Position numbers and translations under genes: made by a program. A model generated the notes under the pieces. It had not been told where the DNA came from and did no database searches. It worked only from the letters and a program-made list of their open reading frames with translations. Below, one piece after another: positions 18,975 to 29,846 of a stretch of 64,000 nucleotides of DNA. The DNA lies in contig JANWWJ010000021.1 of NCBI GenBank assembly GCA_025056305.1, forward strand, positions 49,278 to 113,277. The letters run 5' to 3'. Source of the DNA: Chitinophagales bacterium (lineage in GTDB: Bacteria; Bacteroidota; Bacteroidia; Chitinophagales; UBA10324). Each line of letters begins with the position of its first letter. Positions within the stretch are counted from its first letter, which is position 1.

Positions 18975-21900
18975 TTAAAGATTTAAGCTCAGATTTAGAG
19001 AATAGATTCGCGGACGTGGATAAATGTTGTTGTCAATGCCACCGACTACTTCAGGGTCGATGCCGCTGTAGCCGGTGAGCACAAACACGTTCTGAACCGT
19101 TGCCGAAACATTCATCCACAATCGATCTTTGATGACTTCGCCGATGCGGTATCCGATGGTGAGGTAATCCATGCGCAAGAAACTGGCATTTTCTACGTAA
19201 TAATCAGACTGAAACTGATATATTGGATTTTTTTGAAATTGTGTATTGTAATAGTCCTGCACCAAGTTGTTGATGTAGTTTTTAGAACCATCCACGAAAG
19301 CATAGGTGCCGCGCTCCGCATTGACGTTGTTGTACACGTAGTTTCCTAAACTGGCACGCAGTCCGAAGCTGGCCGTCCAACGCTTGTAGCTAGCATTGGT
19401 ACTAAAGCCCAGATACCAGTCGGGCGCAGGATCCTCATACCGGTACCGGTCATCCGGAGTGATTCGGCCATCGCCGTTTCGGTCGCGGAAAGCTGCGGTG
19501 TCGGCAATAGCATTGCCGGTAGGCACTATGGGCTTGCCGTTTTCGTCGTAAAGCTGCTCAAATACATAAAAGGAAAATACCGGATAACCTACCGAATGGA
19601 TCTGGATGGTGTTTCCAATGCCTCCTGAAATGCCACCTACTAAGATGCCGATATTGGTCGTATCAGGCACTTTGGTGAGCTTGGTGACGGTGTTGATATT
19701 GCGGGTAGCGTTAAGGGAAAATTCCCATTTCAGATCTCGCTGATCGATGGGAATGAAATTAAGCGACAATTCAACCCCTTCATTTTCCATGCTGCCTACA
19801 TTGGTTAGAATTTGATTGGTGAAGTTGGTGCCGGCAGGAACCGGAATAACGGCCAACAAATCGGTCGTTTTCTTTAGATAATAGTCTGCCGAACCATTAA
19901 TACGGCCCTTGAGGAAGCCAAAATCCACTCCGATGTTGGTGGTAGCGGTTTGCTCCCAACGAATGTTGGCGTCATAACCATCGGGGCGCAGCACATAATA
20001 AAACTGGTCCCCAAATTGATATTGTGCAGTACTCGTGCCCATAGAGTAGTTAGCGATATAGGGATAGTCGTTGAAAATATCTTGCTGGCCGGTAACCCCC
20101 CACCCTAGTCGCAGCTTCAGGTTGGAAAACACGTTCAGATCACGGATGAACGGCTCTTCACTGATTCGCCAACCAATGGCAAAGGAGGGGAACAGCCCCC
20201 AACGCGTGTCGGGGCTGAAACGAGAAGAGCCATCGTCGCGAAGCGTCGCCGTAAGAAGGTACCGCTCCAGCAGCGTGTAGTTCAGACGCCCATAAAATGA
20301 AATCAGAGTATTTTGAGTTTTAAAGGGCACACCCGGCGGACTTATGGTATCACCCTCTACGTTTAGATCGGGAAATGCATCGCTGGAGCGCAGCCAATCC
20401 TGATAACTATAGCCGGCAGTCAGGTCAAATTTGCTGGAGGCAGCAGGCATCTCTTTTGCGTAATTGACATAAAATTCCAAAAGCTTATTGTTGTTTCTGG
20501 AATTGTATTGGTTGTCGACGCCTTTACGATAATACGCTGAAGCCGCTGTTTCGGGAATAAACACCGTTCCTTCCGAACGGCTCCAGTCACCTCCTAAGTT
20601 CAGATGAGCCCGAAGCCCTTCGACCCACGGTAATCGGTAATCGAGTTGAATATTTCCCAGGATGCGGTTGACTTGACTTTCATCTTCTTTCTGATAAAGC
20701 AAACCCACGGGGTTTTTAGGCGCCAATACATTAGGCAGGCCTGTGGAAGGATCCAGCCATTCGAAGTAACCGCCCAAGTATGCTGTGTCGGAATATACCG
20801 GCTGCGTGGGATCGAAGGTTACAGCCGATCCTATAGCCCCCCGATCGGCAAAAAAGTTCATCGTGCGGTAAAACTTGCCGTTTACCGTCACCGTTAAAGT
20901 ATTGTACAAAAATGACGGGGCTAAATAAACCGTGCTGCCCAGCCGCGTAAAGGCATCACGTTTAAGAATGCCTTCGTTGCGGAAATATTCCAGGTTCATA
21001 CGATATGGAATCTGGGCTAGCCCTCCACTAAAGGTCAAGTTATTGTCTGAGGCAAAACCCAGCCTATAGATTTGTTTTTGCCAGTCGGTGCTGGCCGGAC
21101 CCAACAACGATTTCTGTTTATCTGTTCCGTTAGTTTGCACCAAGGTGCGGAATTCGTCTGCCGAAAGCACCGGAGCATATTTCACAATGTGCGATACAGA
21201 GGTATTGGTGCTGAATGTAGCCGTCAACTGATCATGAGCCACGCTTTTTTTCGTCGTGATCAGGATTACTCCGTTGGCTGCGCGGTTGCCATAAATGGCC
21301 GCTGCTGAGGCGTCTTTAAGAACGGTAATGCTTTCAATGTCGTTGGGATTAATCAGGTTCAGCGGATTGGCAGATCCAGGAATACCGTTGTTATCAATAG
21401 GCACTCCATCTATGACGATTAGCGGGTCGTTGCTGGCATTGATGGAAGTGCCCCCCCTGATACGAATGCGGCTGCCCGATCCCGGAGCTCCATCATTAGA
21501 GACGATTTGAACACCAGCTATTTTCCCCTGTACCAATTGCTCTGGCGTTGGCACAATACCGGTGTTAAAATCTTTGGCGCTGATGGAAGTGATCGAGCCC
21601 GTAAGATCCTTTACTTGACGGGTTCCATAACCTACGACCACTACTTCATCCAGACCGATGAAGTCAGCTTTGAGCGTCACATTTACGGTGAGAAACTGGC
21701 CCGCCCCGATTTGAATACGTTGGCTGTGTTCGGCATAGCCGATCATGCTCACGACCAGCGTGTATTCGCCTGCAGGAACCGAAACGATCTGATAATTACC
21801 CTCTTCATCAGCACTGGCACCGAGAGAGGTACCCTTCAATACCACCGTTGCAAAACCTACCGGCTCACCTTTGTCATCAGTAATTTGACCACGAAGGCTA

Positions 21901-21977
21901 CCGGTTTGGCCATGAACATTTAAGCAAATAAAGAGCAAAGCAAACAGCACATTGCTGCATCCGAGCAACTTTGACAT
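18975..21977 (-). CDS. susC: SusC/RagA TonB-dependent outer membrane transporter
   Basis: LDEVVVVGYG, RIRGG, PLIVIDG, LKDASAAAIYG, NGVILITTK, YPRPR. Confidence 0.96.
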   Translation of the reverse strand: MSKLLGCSNVLFALLFICLNVHGQTGSLRGQITDDKGEPVGFATVVLKGTSLGASADEEGNYQIVSVPAGEYTLVVSMIGYAEHSQRIQIGAGQFLTVNVTLKADFIGLDEVVVVGYGTRQVKDLTGSITSISAKDFNTGIVPTPEQLVQGKIAGVQIVSNDGAPGSGSRIRIRGGTSINASNDPLIVIDGVPIDNNGIPGSANPLNLINPNDIESITVLKDASAAAIYGNRAANGVILITTKKSVAHDQLTATFSTNTSVSHIVKYAPVLSADEFRTLVQTNGTDKQKSLLGPASTDWQKQIYRLGFASDNNLTFSGGLAQIPYRMNLEYFRNEGILKRDAFTRLGSTVYLAPSFLYNTLTVTVNGKFYRTMNFFADRGAIGSAVTFDPTQPVYSDTAYLGGYFEWLDPSTGLPNVLAPKNPVGLLYQKEDESQVNRILGNIQLDYRLPWVEGLRAHLNLGGDWSRSEGTVFIPETAASAYYRKGVDNQYNSRNNNKLLEFYVNYAKEMPAASSKFDLTAGYSYQDWLRSSDAFPDLNVEGDTISPPGVPFKTQNTLISFYGRLNYTLLERYLLTATLRDDGSSRFSPDTRWGLFPSFAIGWRISEEPFIRDLNVFSNLKLRLGWGVTGQQDIFNDYPYIANYSMGTSTAQYQFGDQFYYVLRPDGYDANIRWEQTATTNIGVDFGFLKGRINGSADYYLKKTTDLLAVIPVPAGTNFTNQILTNVGSMENEGVELSLNFIPIDQRDLKWEFSLNATRNINTVTKLTKVPDTTNIGILVGGISGGIGNTIQIHSVGYPVFSFYVFEQLYDENGKPIVPTGNAIADTAAFRDRNGDGRITPDDRYRYEDPAPDWYLGFSTNASYKRWTASFGLRASLGNYVYNNVNAERGTYAFVDGSKNYINNLVQDYYNTQFQKNPIYQFQSDYYVENASFLRMDYLTIGYRIGEVIKDRLWMNVSATVQNVFVLTGYSGIDPEVVGGIDNNIYPRPRIYSLNLSLNL

Positions 21978-21998
21978 TTCCTGAGTGGGTTTAATGAC

Positions 21999-22026
21999 GG
22001 CAATAATAGCAAATCTCTTTATTGCC
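21999..22026. promoter_or_regulatory. Inverted repeat between the esterase gene and susC (hairpin or operator)
   Basis: GGCAATAA-N12-TTATTGCC. Confidence 0.4.
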
Positions 22027-22037
22027 TAATAGACCGT

Positions 22038-23264
22038 CTAAGACCCTAAAACAACTTTGAAAATTTGTTCTGACGCGCCGTAACGCAACCGCAAAAAATA
22101 CAACCCCTTTTCGTTCAACTCTGGTTTCAGAATCAAATGACCCCCTGGAGATAATTCAGCCGATTCAGTGCCCAATAGCTTTCCTTCAAGACTCAACCAA
22201 TCTAACTGGGCCTGAATAACATCGTTGCTGTAGTTAATGAGAATAGGATCAGAAAATGGTCCGTGCTGATGTAGTTTTAAATTCCCCTGCTTGGCATTAA
22301 CAGGATCGGCGACGAAACCGCAGGATTTTACCCCGCTTAGCGGGGAAAGATGATTATAGAAGAAATCAGTGGTCAACCAAATCAATGTATCGTATTGCGG
22401 CGAGTTGACCGGCACCCCATGGCCCGCGCCTACGAAGGGATGCAAATAGCTTTCCACTCCGTTAAACTGCAATTGCTGGTAGATGTTGTAACTGCCATGC
22501 AAATAGAGTCCATTGAAGGATAAACCGTATACATAAGGAACAACATTATCGTTGACGCCATGAAACAAATAGGCCGGTTCTGTTTCGTTCTGTAACCATG
22601 AAGTATCCGGCATGCCAGCCCAACAAGGCACTACTGCTGTAACTGCAGACGAATGCCCTTCATTTCCACTGGCCTGATCAAGCGGTCCAAAGGGCGATGT
22701 GTCAAAGGCTGCATCTGCTTCGGCCTGGTCCCAATAAGGAACAGTCAGACAAATCGCTCCCCCTGAAGAGCTTCCAATCATAAAAACCGTAAGCGTATCA
22801 ATGCAATAGTCCAGCCAATGCTTACGGAAAAAGCGCACTGCCGACATCGCATCCTGCGTAATTTGGTAAACAGTCTGATAGTTATCGACGGTGTCAGGAA
22901 ACGCATTAAATCCCAGGCGGTAATTGATACTGGAAAACACATAGCCCAAGCGGGCGAAATGATTTCCCAGTTTTACGGCGCGGTTTTCTCCTTTATCTCC
23001 CGTGGTAAAGCCACCGGCATGCAGGTAAATGATGACCGGCCGCAAATAGTTTACCGTGGAGTCGGGCTCGTAGATATCTAATTTTAGCGTATCGATGTTA
23101 TTGTTTTTAAAATAATTTTTATTTGAGCCATAAACCACATCTGTCGTCACTTTAATTGTCGAGTAAACACTGTCTTTGAAAACACCAGGTGGAGCCCCTA
23201 CTTGGCCATCGGCACTGACAAACATCAGCAATAAGGCTACAGTGAAGATTAACCTTGCTTTCAT
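22038..23264 (-). CDS. Secreted alpha/beta-hydrolase (carboxylesterase-like) with T9SS-like C-terminus
   Basis: Signal peptide, LDIYEP, HAGGF, GSSSG nucleophile elbow, HGVNDNVVP, GAGH, GLYFLRL tail. Confidence 0.88.
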   Translation of the reverse strand: MKARLIFTVALLLMFVSADGQVGAPPGVFKDSVYSTIKVTTDVVYGSNKNYFKNNNIDTLKLDIYEPDSTVNYLRPVIIYLHAGGFTTGDKGENRAVKLGNHFARLGYVFSSINYRLGFNAFPDTVDNYQTVYQITQDAMSAVRFFRKHWLDYCIDTLTVFMIGSSSGGAICLTVPYWDQAEADAAFDTSPFGPLDQASGNEGHSSAVTAVVPCWAGMPDTSWLQNETEPAYLFHGVNDNVVPYVYGLSFNGLYLHGSYNIYQQLQFNGVESYLHPFVGAGHGVPVNSPQYDTLIWLTTDFFYNHLSPLSGVKSCGFVADPVNAKQGNLKLHQHGPFSDPILINYSNDVIQAQLDWLSLEGKLLGTESAELSPGGHLILKPELNEKGLYFLRLRYGASEQIFKVVLGS

Positions 23265-23344
23265 AAATGAGTAATTGGCTTTTTCAAACTTTGTTTGGTT
23301 TTTACGTTTATGAAACGCAAATTGTTGCCCGCAGCTTTTTCATC

Positions 23345-25807
23345 ATGCCTCACGCACGACTGTACAGACTAACGTCCCCCTTTCTTTTGGCCTTTACCAT
23401 CCTTTCGTTTGACGTAGCTGTTGCCTCTTCCGTTGACGATCGTCCGTTAGGAAACCTGCTGGCACTCCGGCAAAGATCAAACGGTTTGGACATAAAGACT
23501 GACCAAGGTCGCTTGGCCATCCACATTTTTTCCCACACTGTCTTCCGGATTGTAGCTGTATGGGATGAGCCTTTTGTCGAGCATTCCTATGCTGTGGTGG
23601 CAAAACCTCAAACTATCGCGTGGCGGTGGAAAAAATATGCTGATTCGGTCATCATAACTACCGATTCTATAAAGCTGCATCTCACCAGCCGGCCGGTGCG
23701 CTTGACCTTCTACACCCGCGATAATCGCCTGCTGCTGGCCGACGATGCGGCCCTGGGTATTGCCTGGGCCGGCAGCACGATTACCGCCTACAAAAAGCTG
23801 CAGCCAGGAGAACGTTTCATTGGTTTGGGAGAGAAGACAGGTAATTTAGATCGCCGGGGCTCGGCCTTTGTACATTGGAATTCTGACGTGCCGGGCTATG
23901 GATTAAATCAAGATCCGCTCTATGCCTCCATACCCTTCTATATGGGATTTCATGATTCCTTGTGTTATGGCATTTTTCTAGATAATTCTTCCCGCTCAAT
24001 ATTCAACTTCGGCGCATCACAAAACCGCTTTTCTTCGTTCTCGGTTGAAGACGGAAATCTCATTTACTATTTCATTCACCGATCCACTCCCTCCGGTATC
24101 CTCGAGGACTACACCTGGCTTACCGGCCGTATGCCGTTGCCTCCCAAATGGGCGCTGGGTTATCACCAATGCCGATGGAGTTATTACCCCGAACAACAAG
24201 TGCTTTCGTTGGCAGAAACGTTTCGCCACCGCGGCTTTCCTTGCGATGCCATTTGGCTCGATATCCATTACATGGATGCGTATAAAACTTTTACATGGCA
24301 TCCTGTTCATTTCCCACAGCCTCGCCGCATGTTGGACAGCCTTCAAGCCAGCGGATTTCATACCGTGGTAATCCTGGATCCCGGCATCAAAAAAGAACAG
24401 GGCTACAGCATTTACGAAGAAGGCGCTTCACAAAAGCTTTTCCTCACCTACCCAGATGGGGAGGAGTACCTGGGCGAAGTCTGGCCGGGCTGGTGTGTTT
24501 TCCCCGACTTCAGCAATCCGCAAGCACGCCAATGGTGGGGCGATAAGCTCAAACCCCTGGCCGATGTCGGTGTTGACGGCTGGTGGTGCGACATGAACGA
24601 AATCGCTACGTGGGGCCAAAGCACGCCCTTGAATGTGCGCTTTCATGGGGACGGAAATCCTTTCACCTACCGCACGGGCAAAAACCTCTATGGCTTGCTG
24701 ATGGTGAAAGCTACCTATACAGGAGCCCTGCGCACACGACCACAATTCCGCCCCTTCGTTCTGACGCGTGCGGGATTTGCCGGCCTGCAACGTTATGCGG
24801 CTATATGGACCGGCGACAATGTAGCAGATGAACAGCACATGCTGTTGGGGGTGCGTCTGTTGAATGCATTGGGCCTGAGTGGTGTACCTTTTTGCGGCGT
24901 GGATGTGGGCGGCTTTATCGGAACCGCTTCACCTGCCTTAATGGCTCGCTGGATGAGTATTGGCGCCCTCTCCCCCTTCTTCAGGGGACATAAGGAAATA
25001 AACGCACCCACCTCTGAACCATGGGCTTTCAATGAAAGTACTGAACGTATTGCCCGCAGCTATGCATTGTTTCGTTATCGCCTGATGCCTTACCTCTATA
25101 CGTCTTTTTACCAGGCCGCACAGTCTGGCCTACCCATACAGCGCAGCTTGGCGCTCTATTATCCTTTTCATCCGAAAGTTTATGAAGCTTCCTTCCAGCA
25201 TCAATATTTTCTGGGTGATGCCTTGATGGTAGCTCCCTGTGTAGCCAGTCAGCTGTTTACTCAAGTGTTCTTGCCAGAAGGCCAATGGTACGATCTGCAC
25301 ACCGGCCAACGCATTCAAGGACCTGCAGTTCCCATAATTCCATCACCTGTAGAACGCTTGCCAATCTTCGTGCGTGGAGGGTCATTTTTATTTATCCAAA
25401 AACCCGTATTGCATACCGGCCAATCGCCCGGAGATACCTTGCAGGTGCATGTTTTTTACGGCCAAAGCCCGCATCCGCAGCCTTATTATGAAGATGCTGG
25501 CGATGGCTTTGCTTATCAGGCGGGAGTTTTCTGGCATCGCACGTTCCGACTGGATACATTGAACCGCACGATGGTTCTGGACTCCGTACAGGGAAGCTTT
25601 CCTTCCGTTTTCAAACATATTAAGTTTTATTTACATGGTTTTCCTCCCCTTTCCCGTGTTTTTTACGCCGATTTTCAAACTGAACCCGCCGAACAAGAGA
25701 TAAAATTTGTAGAAGTGGCCGATCCAGAGGTCCGCTTACGGGCGCAAACCTTTGAAATGCCGCACACGCGGCAACGCGTAGCTATTTATTGGGAATCTAA
25801 ACAATGA
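23345..25807 (+). CDS. GH31 alpha-glucosidase with signal peptide
   Basis: GLGEKTG, WLDIHYM, WCDMNE nucleophile, WTGDN, DVGGF; start placed at ATG 23345. Confidence 0.93.
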   Translation: MPHARLYRLTSPFLLAFTILSFDVAVASSVDDRPLGNLLALRQRSNGLDIKTDQGRLAIHIFSHTVFRIVAVWDEPFVEHSYAVVAKPQTIAWRWKKYADSVIITTDSIKLHLTSRPVRLTFYTRDNRLLLADDAALGIAWAGSTITAYKKLQPGERFIGLGEKTGNLDRRGSAFVHWNSDVPGYGLNQDPLYASIPFYMGFHDSLCYGIFLDNSSRSIFNFGASQNRFSSFSVEDGNLIYYFIHRSTPSGILEDYTWLTGRMPLPPKWALGYHQCRWSYYPEQQVLSLAETFRHRGFPCDAIWLDIHYMDAYKTFTWHPVHFPQPRRMLDSLQASGFHTVVILDPGIKKEQGYSIYEEGASQKLFLTYPDGEEYLGEVWPGWCVFPDFSNPQARQWWGDKLKPLADVGVDGWWCDMNEIATWGQSTPLNVRFHGDGNPFTYRTGKNLYGLLMVKATYTGALRTRPQFRPFVLTRAGFAGLQRYAAIWTGDNVADEQHMLLGVRLLNALGLSGVPFCGVDVGGFIGTASPALMARWMSIGALSPFFRGHKEINAPTSEPWAFNESTERIARSYALFRYRLMPYLYTSFYQAAQSGLPIQRSLALYYPFHPKVYEASFQHQYFLGDALMVAPCVASQLFTQVFLPEGQWYDLHTGQRIQGPAVPIIPSPVERLPIFVRGGSFLFIQKPVLHTGQSPGDTLQVHVFYGQSPHPQPYYEDAGDGFAYQAGVFWHRTFRLDTLNRTMVLDSVQGSFPSVFKHIKFYLHGFPPLSRVFYADFQTEPAEQEIKFVEVADPEVRLRAQTFEMPHTRQRVAIYWESKQ

Positions 25808-25858
25808 TTTAATGTTAAAGTGTGTATGTAATTACTCACCCCTCTGAACTTTGTCGTC

Positions 25859-28537
25859 ATGTATAAGAAAGCTTTGCTGTTGGTGCTTTGTGGCCTTGGG
25901 TTGCAGAGCCGGGCTCAGGAAGTTATGCTACAGGGATGGTACTGGGACTATCCCAAAACTGCCCAGGCCAAGTGGTGGGTAGATACATTACGCCAAAAGA
26001 CCAAAGCCCTTGCCGAAGCCGGTTTTACCCACATTTGGTTGCCCCCCCTGAGCAAGTCAGCCTCAGGAAACAACAGCAATGGCTACGATATCAAGGACTA
26101 TTTTGATTTGGGCATCTATCCCACCAGCACGCAGTTTGGCAATGAAACTCGCTTGCTGGCTTTGATCGATTCCATGAACAAATACCAGCTTACCCCTATA
26201 GCGGACATGATCTACAACCACCGCAGCGGCGGAAAATGGGAAAACAACCCGTCGGTCGAGGGATGGATTGAAAACTACAACTTGGCCAAACACAACAGCG
26301 GCGATGCATGTTATCCCTCTGACCGATTCCGATGTGTCTTACCCATAGGCGGCAGCTCCGGACTGGGTGCCGGCACTTATTATTTCAAAATCCGTTCGGC
26401 CTCAATGGCAAATTCTTATTACAATAATCCATATGTATTTAAAATCACCACCAAAAAGGTGAAGAGCTCCAGCTTGCCGGACCTCACCGAAAGCGAACCC
26501 AACGGAGGTGCCGATTGTGGTCAACCCAACAATTACTATGGCTTGGCCCGCAACCTAAAAGCGACGATTGATGCGGGCGGTTGTGGCACCGATGAGTTCG
26601 CCCTTACCCTGACGACCTCCGATTTCTACGACACGGGCGACACGCTGTTTATCACATTAACCAACGAAAACGGGGCCTATAGCGACCATTACATCTATGG
26701 CTTATGGTATACAGGAACTAACAGCAACATTCAACATAAAATCATCTATCAAACTGCCACCGACTTCAGCGGTTTAAAAAGCGGTCGAGGTACCATGAAC
26801 CATTTTGCTTTCAAGCCTAACGGTAATCCCACCTGCTTGTGTGGGGACCTGGACGGCATGTGGTTTTACTATGATTTAGACCAAAATGTTCCTGCCGTAG
26901 CCGACACCCTTAAAGTGTGGACCCAGTGGATGATGGAACAATTTGACATGCAGGGCTTTCGGGTAGATGCCGTCAAGCACATCCCTGCCTCTTTTCTGGG
27001 CGACTTGCTCGACTACCTGCATCAGCAGGGCCTAAATCCCAAGTTGGTGGTAGGAGAAAGCTACGACTACGATGCTACCGTGCTGCGTAACCGATTAGAC
27101 GAAGTATATGCACACATGGATCAAGCAACAAAAAATGCTATGTATTATTCTTTGTTCGATTTCAATTTGCAAGCCTGCTTGCGTGATGCTTGTGATGCTT
27201 TTGGCTATGACGTCCGCAACGTATTCCAGTGCGGCCTGAACAGTGTTCATTCGGTATTTCGGAAAAACATCGTCACGTTTGTCAACAACCACGACTTCCG
27301 CGAAGCTTCACAGTCCGTCGATAACGATCCCATCTTGGCATATGTATATATTTTGACCAATCCGGTGATCGGTATCCCGTGTGTGTATTGGACGGATTAT
27401 TACTCCAAAAAATATCCGTCATACACCGAAGAGTTCAACGCCGTGCTGCGAACTCACTTTCGCTTTTTGCAGGGAGCACAACAGGTGGAATACCTCAACC
27501 GTTACAATTCACCGTTCCCGGTTACCTATTTCAGTGGCGCGGCGTCCACCACGCTAGCATATCAGATCACTGGGTCTACCAACACCTGCTTACCCGACCG
27601 CGATGCACTGGTGGTCATCAACTTTTCGGGTCAAACGTTAAAGGCCAACCTCACCGTAAACACTGCTTCTCCTTTTAAACTCAAACCTGGTGACACCTTA
27701 TCTGACGTGCTGGGCAGGTCAGCTTTTGATTATGCAATCATCAACAGCAATAATCAGGTGTATGTGGAATTGCCTCCACGCAGTTACTCTGTTTGGGCAC
27801 GCGTGCCTCCGGTCAAACACACGCCCATCATTTCCGCAAATGGCCCAACGGAGTTCTGTCATGGTGAATCTGTCGTCTTATCCATGACCAACCCACCCAT
27901 AGCTTGTTATGATTACCGCTGGAAACGAAACGGCGTCAGCATTCCCGGTGCCACTGGCCCGCTGCTCACGGTTACCCAAAGCGGGACCTATACGTTAGAA
28001 GCCAGCTACAATGGCTCGCAGGCAAAAGTTTCTGCTCCCATCTATGTGAGCGTTTCGCCCGAAAAGCCCTCCATCGTCAGTGATGGCATAACGCTGACGT
28101 GTACCGTTGAAAACATGAGTTATCAATGGTTAAAAGGCAACACGCCAGCATCCCTCATGCCAATTCCGGCTGCCACGGCTCAAAGCTATACGCCCGATCA
28201 ATCAGCTTATTATGCCGTTCAGATTACCGACACCAATGGATGCAGCAACCAATCCGATCCTCTGCAATTTTGGATGATCGGAATGCCACAAGCCGATCAT
28301 GCCGGCATACGATTGTATCCCAATCCGGCGGATCAACGCATCGAACTGGCATTGCCCAACGGTAAGGGTGGATGGCTGCGGATAGAAACAATAACCGGCG
28401 CCGCGCTTTTCCAGCAACACATTCCGCCCGCAATTGCGCAACTCACAATCGACATCAGCGAACTGCCGGCAGCAGTTTATCGGCTAAAATGGACAAATGA
28501 AAAAGAAACATATATTAAACTCTTCACAAAATTTTAA
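25859..28537 (+). CDS. Secreted GH13 alpha-amylase with inserted domain, Ig-like domains and T9SS C-terminus
   Basis: VMLQGWYWD, ADMIYNH, GFRVDAVKH, VGESYD, FVNNHD, LYPNPA tail. Confidence 0.9.
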   Translation: MYKKALLLVLCGLGLQSRAQEVMLQGWYWDYPKTAQAKWWVDTLRQKTKALAEAGFTHIWLPPLSKSASGNNSNGYDIKDYFDLGIYPTSTQFGNETRLLALIDSMNKYQLTPIADMIYNHRSGGKWENNPSVEGWIENYNLAKHNSGDACYPSDRFRCVLPIGGSSGLGAGTYYFKIRSASMANSYYNNPYVFKITTKKVKSSSLPDLTESEPNGGADCGQPNNYYGLARNLKATIDAGGCGTDEFALTLTTSDFYDTGDTLFITLTNENGAYSDHYIYGLWYTGTNSNIQHKIIYQTATDFSGLKSGRGTMNHFAFKPNGNPTCLCGDLDGMWFYYDLDQNVPAVADTLKVWTQWMMEQFDMQGFRVDAVKHIPASFLGDLLDYLHQQGLNPKLVVGESYDYDATVLRNRLDEVYAHMDQATKNAMYYSLFDFNLQACLRDACDAFGYDVRNVFQCGLNSVHSVFRKNIVTFVNNHDFREASQSVDNDPILAYVYILTNPVIGIPCVYWTDYYSKKYPSYTEEFNAVLRTHFRFLQGAQQVEYLNRYNSPFPVTYFSGAASTTLAYQITGSTNTCLPDRDALVVINFSGQTLKANLTVNTASPFKLKPGDTLSDVLGRSAFDYAIINSNNQVYVELPPRSYSVWARVPPVKHTPIISANGPTEFCHGESVVLSMTNPPIACYDYRWKRNGVSIPGATGPLLTVTQSGTYTLEASYNGSQAKVSAPIYVSVSPEKPSIVSDGITLTCTVENMSYQWLKGNTPASLMPIPAATAQSYTPDQSAYYAVQITDTNGCSNQSDPLQFWMIGMPQADHAGIRLYPNPADQRIELALPNGKGGWLRIETITGAALFQQHIPPAIAQLTIDISELPAAVYRLKWTNEKETYIKLFTKF

Positions 28538-28577
28538 AGGCCTTTTTGTAAAGTAAGGAGCACCCTTTAACCCAGCA

Positions 28578-29846
28578 TCAGGAGTCCGGGAGGTTAAAAA
28601 TCTCGTGCCCCATTTTGTCGCGCTTGGTACGCAAGTAGTCTTCGTTATGGGGATTGAGGGTTCCCTGCAAAGGCACAGATTCCACAATTTCCAATCCGTA
28701 GCCCTTCAGCCCAGCCCGCTTTTTCGGATTATTGGTGAGCAACCGGATCTTTTGCACTCCCAGATCGCGCAAAATTTGCGCCCCCACGCCATAATCCCGC
28801 TCATCCATCCGAAAGCCCAAACTGATGTTTGCTTCCACCGTATCTTGTCCTTCCTCTTGCAACTTATATGCCCGCAGCTTATTGAGCAACCCAACACCTC
28901 TGCCTTCCTGATTCATATACAGCACCACGCCTGTGCCGGCTTCTTGAACCCGACGCATGGCCTGATGCAACTGGCTGCCACAGTCGCATCGCAGGGAGGC
29001 AAACACATCGCCTGTCAGGCAACAGCTATGCACGCGGACCAAAACCGGCTCATCGCGCTGCCAGCTTCCTTTCACCAGCGCCAAATGCACAAAGTCGGTA
29101 TCGAGCTGCGAATAGGCATGCAGCCGAAAGTGCCCGTAGGCAGTCGGCATGTCTATTTCCACCTCTTTGCGGATCAGCGATTCGCGCGTCAGGCGGTAGG
29201 CGATCAGATCTCTGATTGAGATGAGCTTGAGCCCGAAGCGGCGGGCTACCTGCACCAGCTGAGGCAGCCGGGCCATGCTTCCATCTTCATTCAGGATTTC
29301 GACCAACACCCCTGAAGGTTCAAAGCCTGCCAGCCGGGCCAGGTCCACAGCAGCTTCGGTATGGCCGGCTCGACGCAACACACCCCCTTTCATGGCCTTG
29401 AGTGGAAACACATGTCCTGGTCGCGCCAGATCTTCCGGACGGGTCTGAGGATCAATCAAGGCTTGGATGGTGGCAGAACGATCATAGGCAGAGATGCCCG
29501 TGGTTACCCCCCTGCCCTTCACATCTACGCTCACGGTAAAGGGTGTTTGGAATAAAGCCGTATTCTCCCCGACCATGAGATTCAAATTGAGCTCGGCACA
29601 GCGTTCTTCGGTGAGGGCACAGCAAATCAATCCGCGCCCCTCCTTGCTCATGAAATTGATCACCTCAGGCGTGGCATTTCGCGAAGCTGTGATAAAATCT
29701 CCTTCGTTCTCTCGGTCTTCGTCGTCAACGACAATGACCAGCTTGCCGACGCGCAAATCGGCCAAGGCTTCTTCAATGGTATTAAAAGCAATCTCAGCGC
29801 CGTTGCCTTGAAGATTAACCTGTTCGTTGTGTCGGTTGCCAGACAT
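28578..29846 (-). CDS. ribBA: Bifunctional DHBP synthase / GTP cyclohydrolase II
   Basis: [47 protein letters not shown]. Confidence 0.97.
   Translation of the reverse strand: MSGNRHNEQVNLQGNGAEIAFNTIEEALADLRVGKLVIVVDDEDRENEGDFITASRNATPEVINFMSKEGRGLICCALTEERCAELNLNLMVGENTALFQTPFTVSVDVKGRGVTTGISAYDRSATIQALIDPQTRPEDLARPGHVFPLKAMKGGVLRRAGHTEAAVDLARLAGFEPSGVLVEILNEDGSMARLPQLVQVARRFGLKLISIRDLIAYRLTRESLIRKEVEIDMPTAYGHFRLHAYSQLDTDFVHLALVKGSWQRDEPVLVRVHSCCLTGDVFASLRCDCGSQLHQAMRRVQEAGTGVVLYMNQEGRGVGLLNKLRAYKLQEEGQDTVEANISLGFRMDERDYGVGAQILRDLGVQKIRLLTNNPKKRAGLKGYGLEIVESVPLQGTLNPHNEDYLRTKRDKMGHEIFNLPDS

Noticed and set aside
28605-29219. Long antisense ORFs (also 1222-1770, 16417-16908, 43016-43444, 50271-50756)
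   Set aside because: They are shadows of well-conserved genes on the opposite strand and show no protein motifs.
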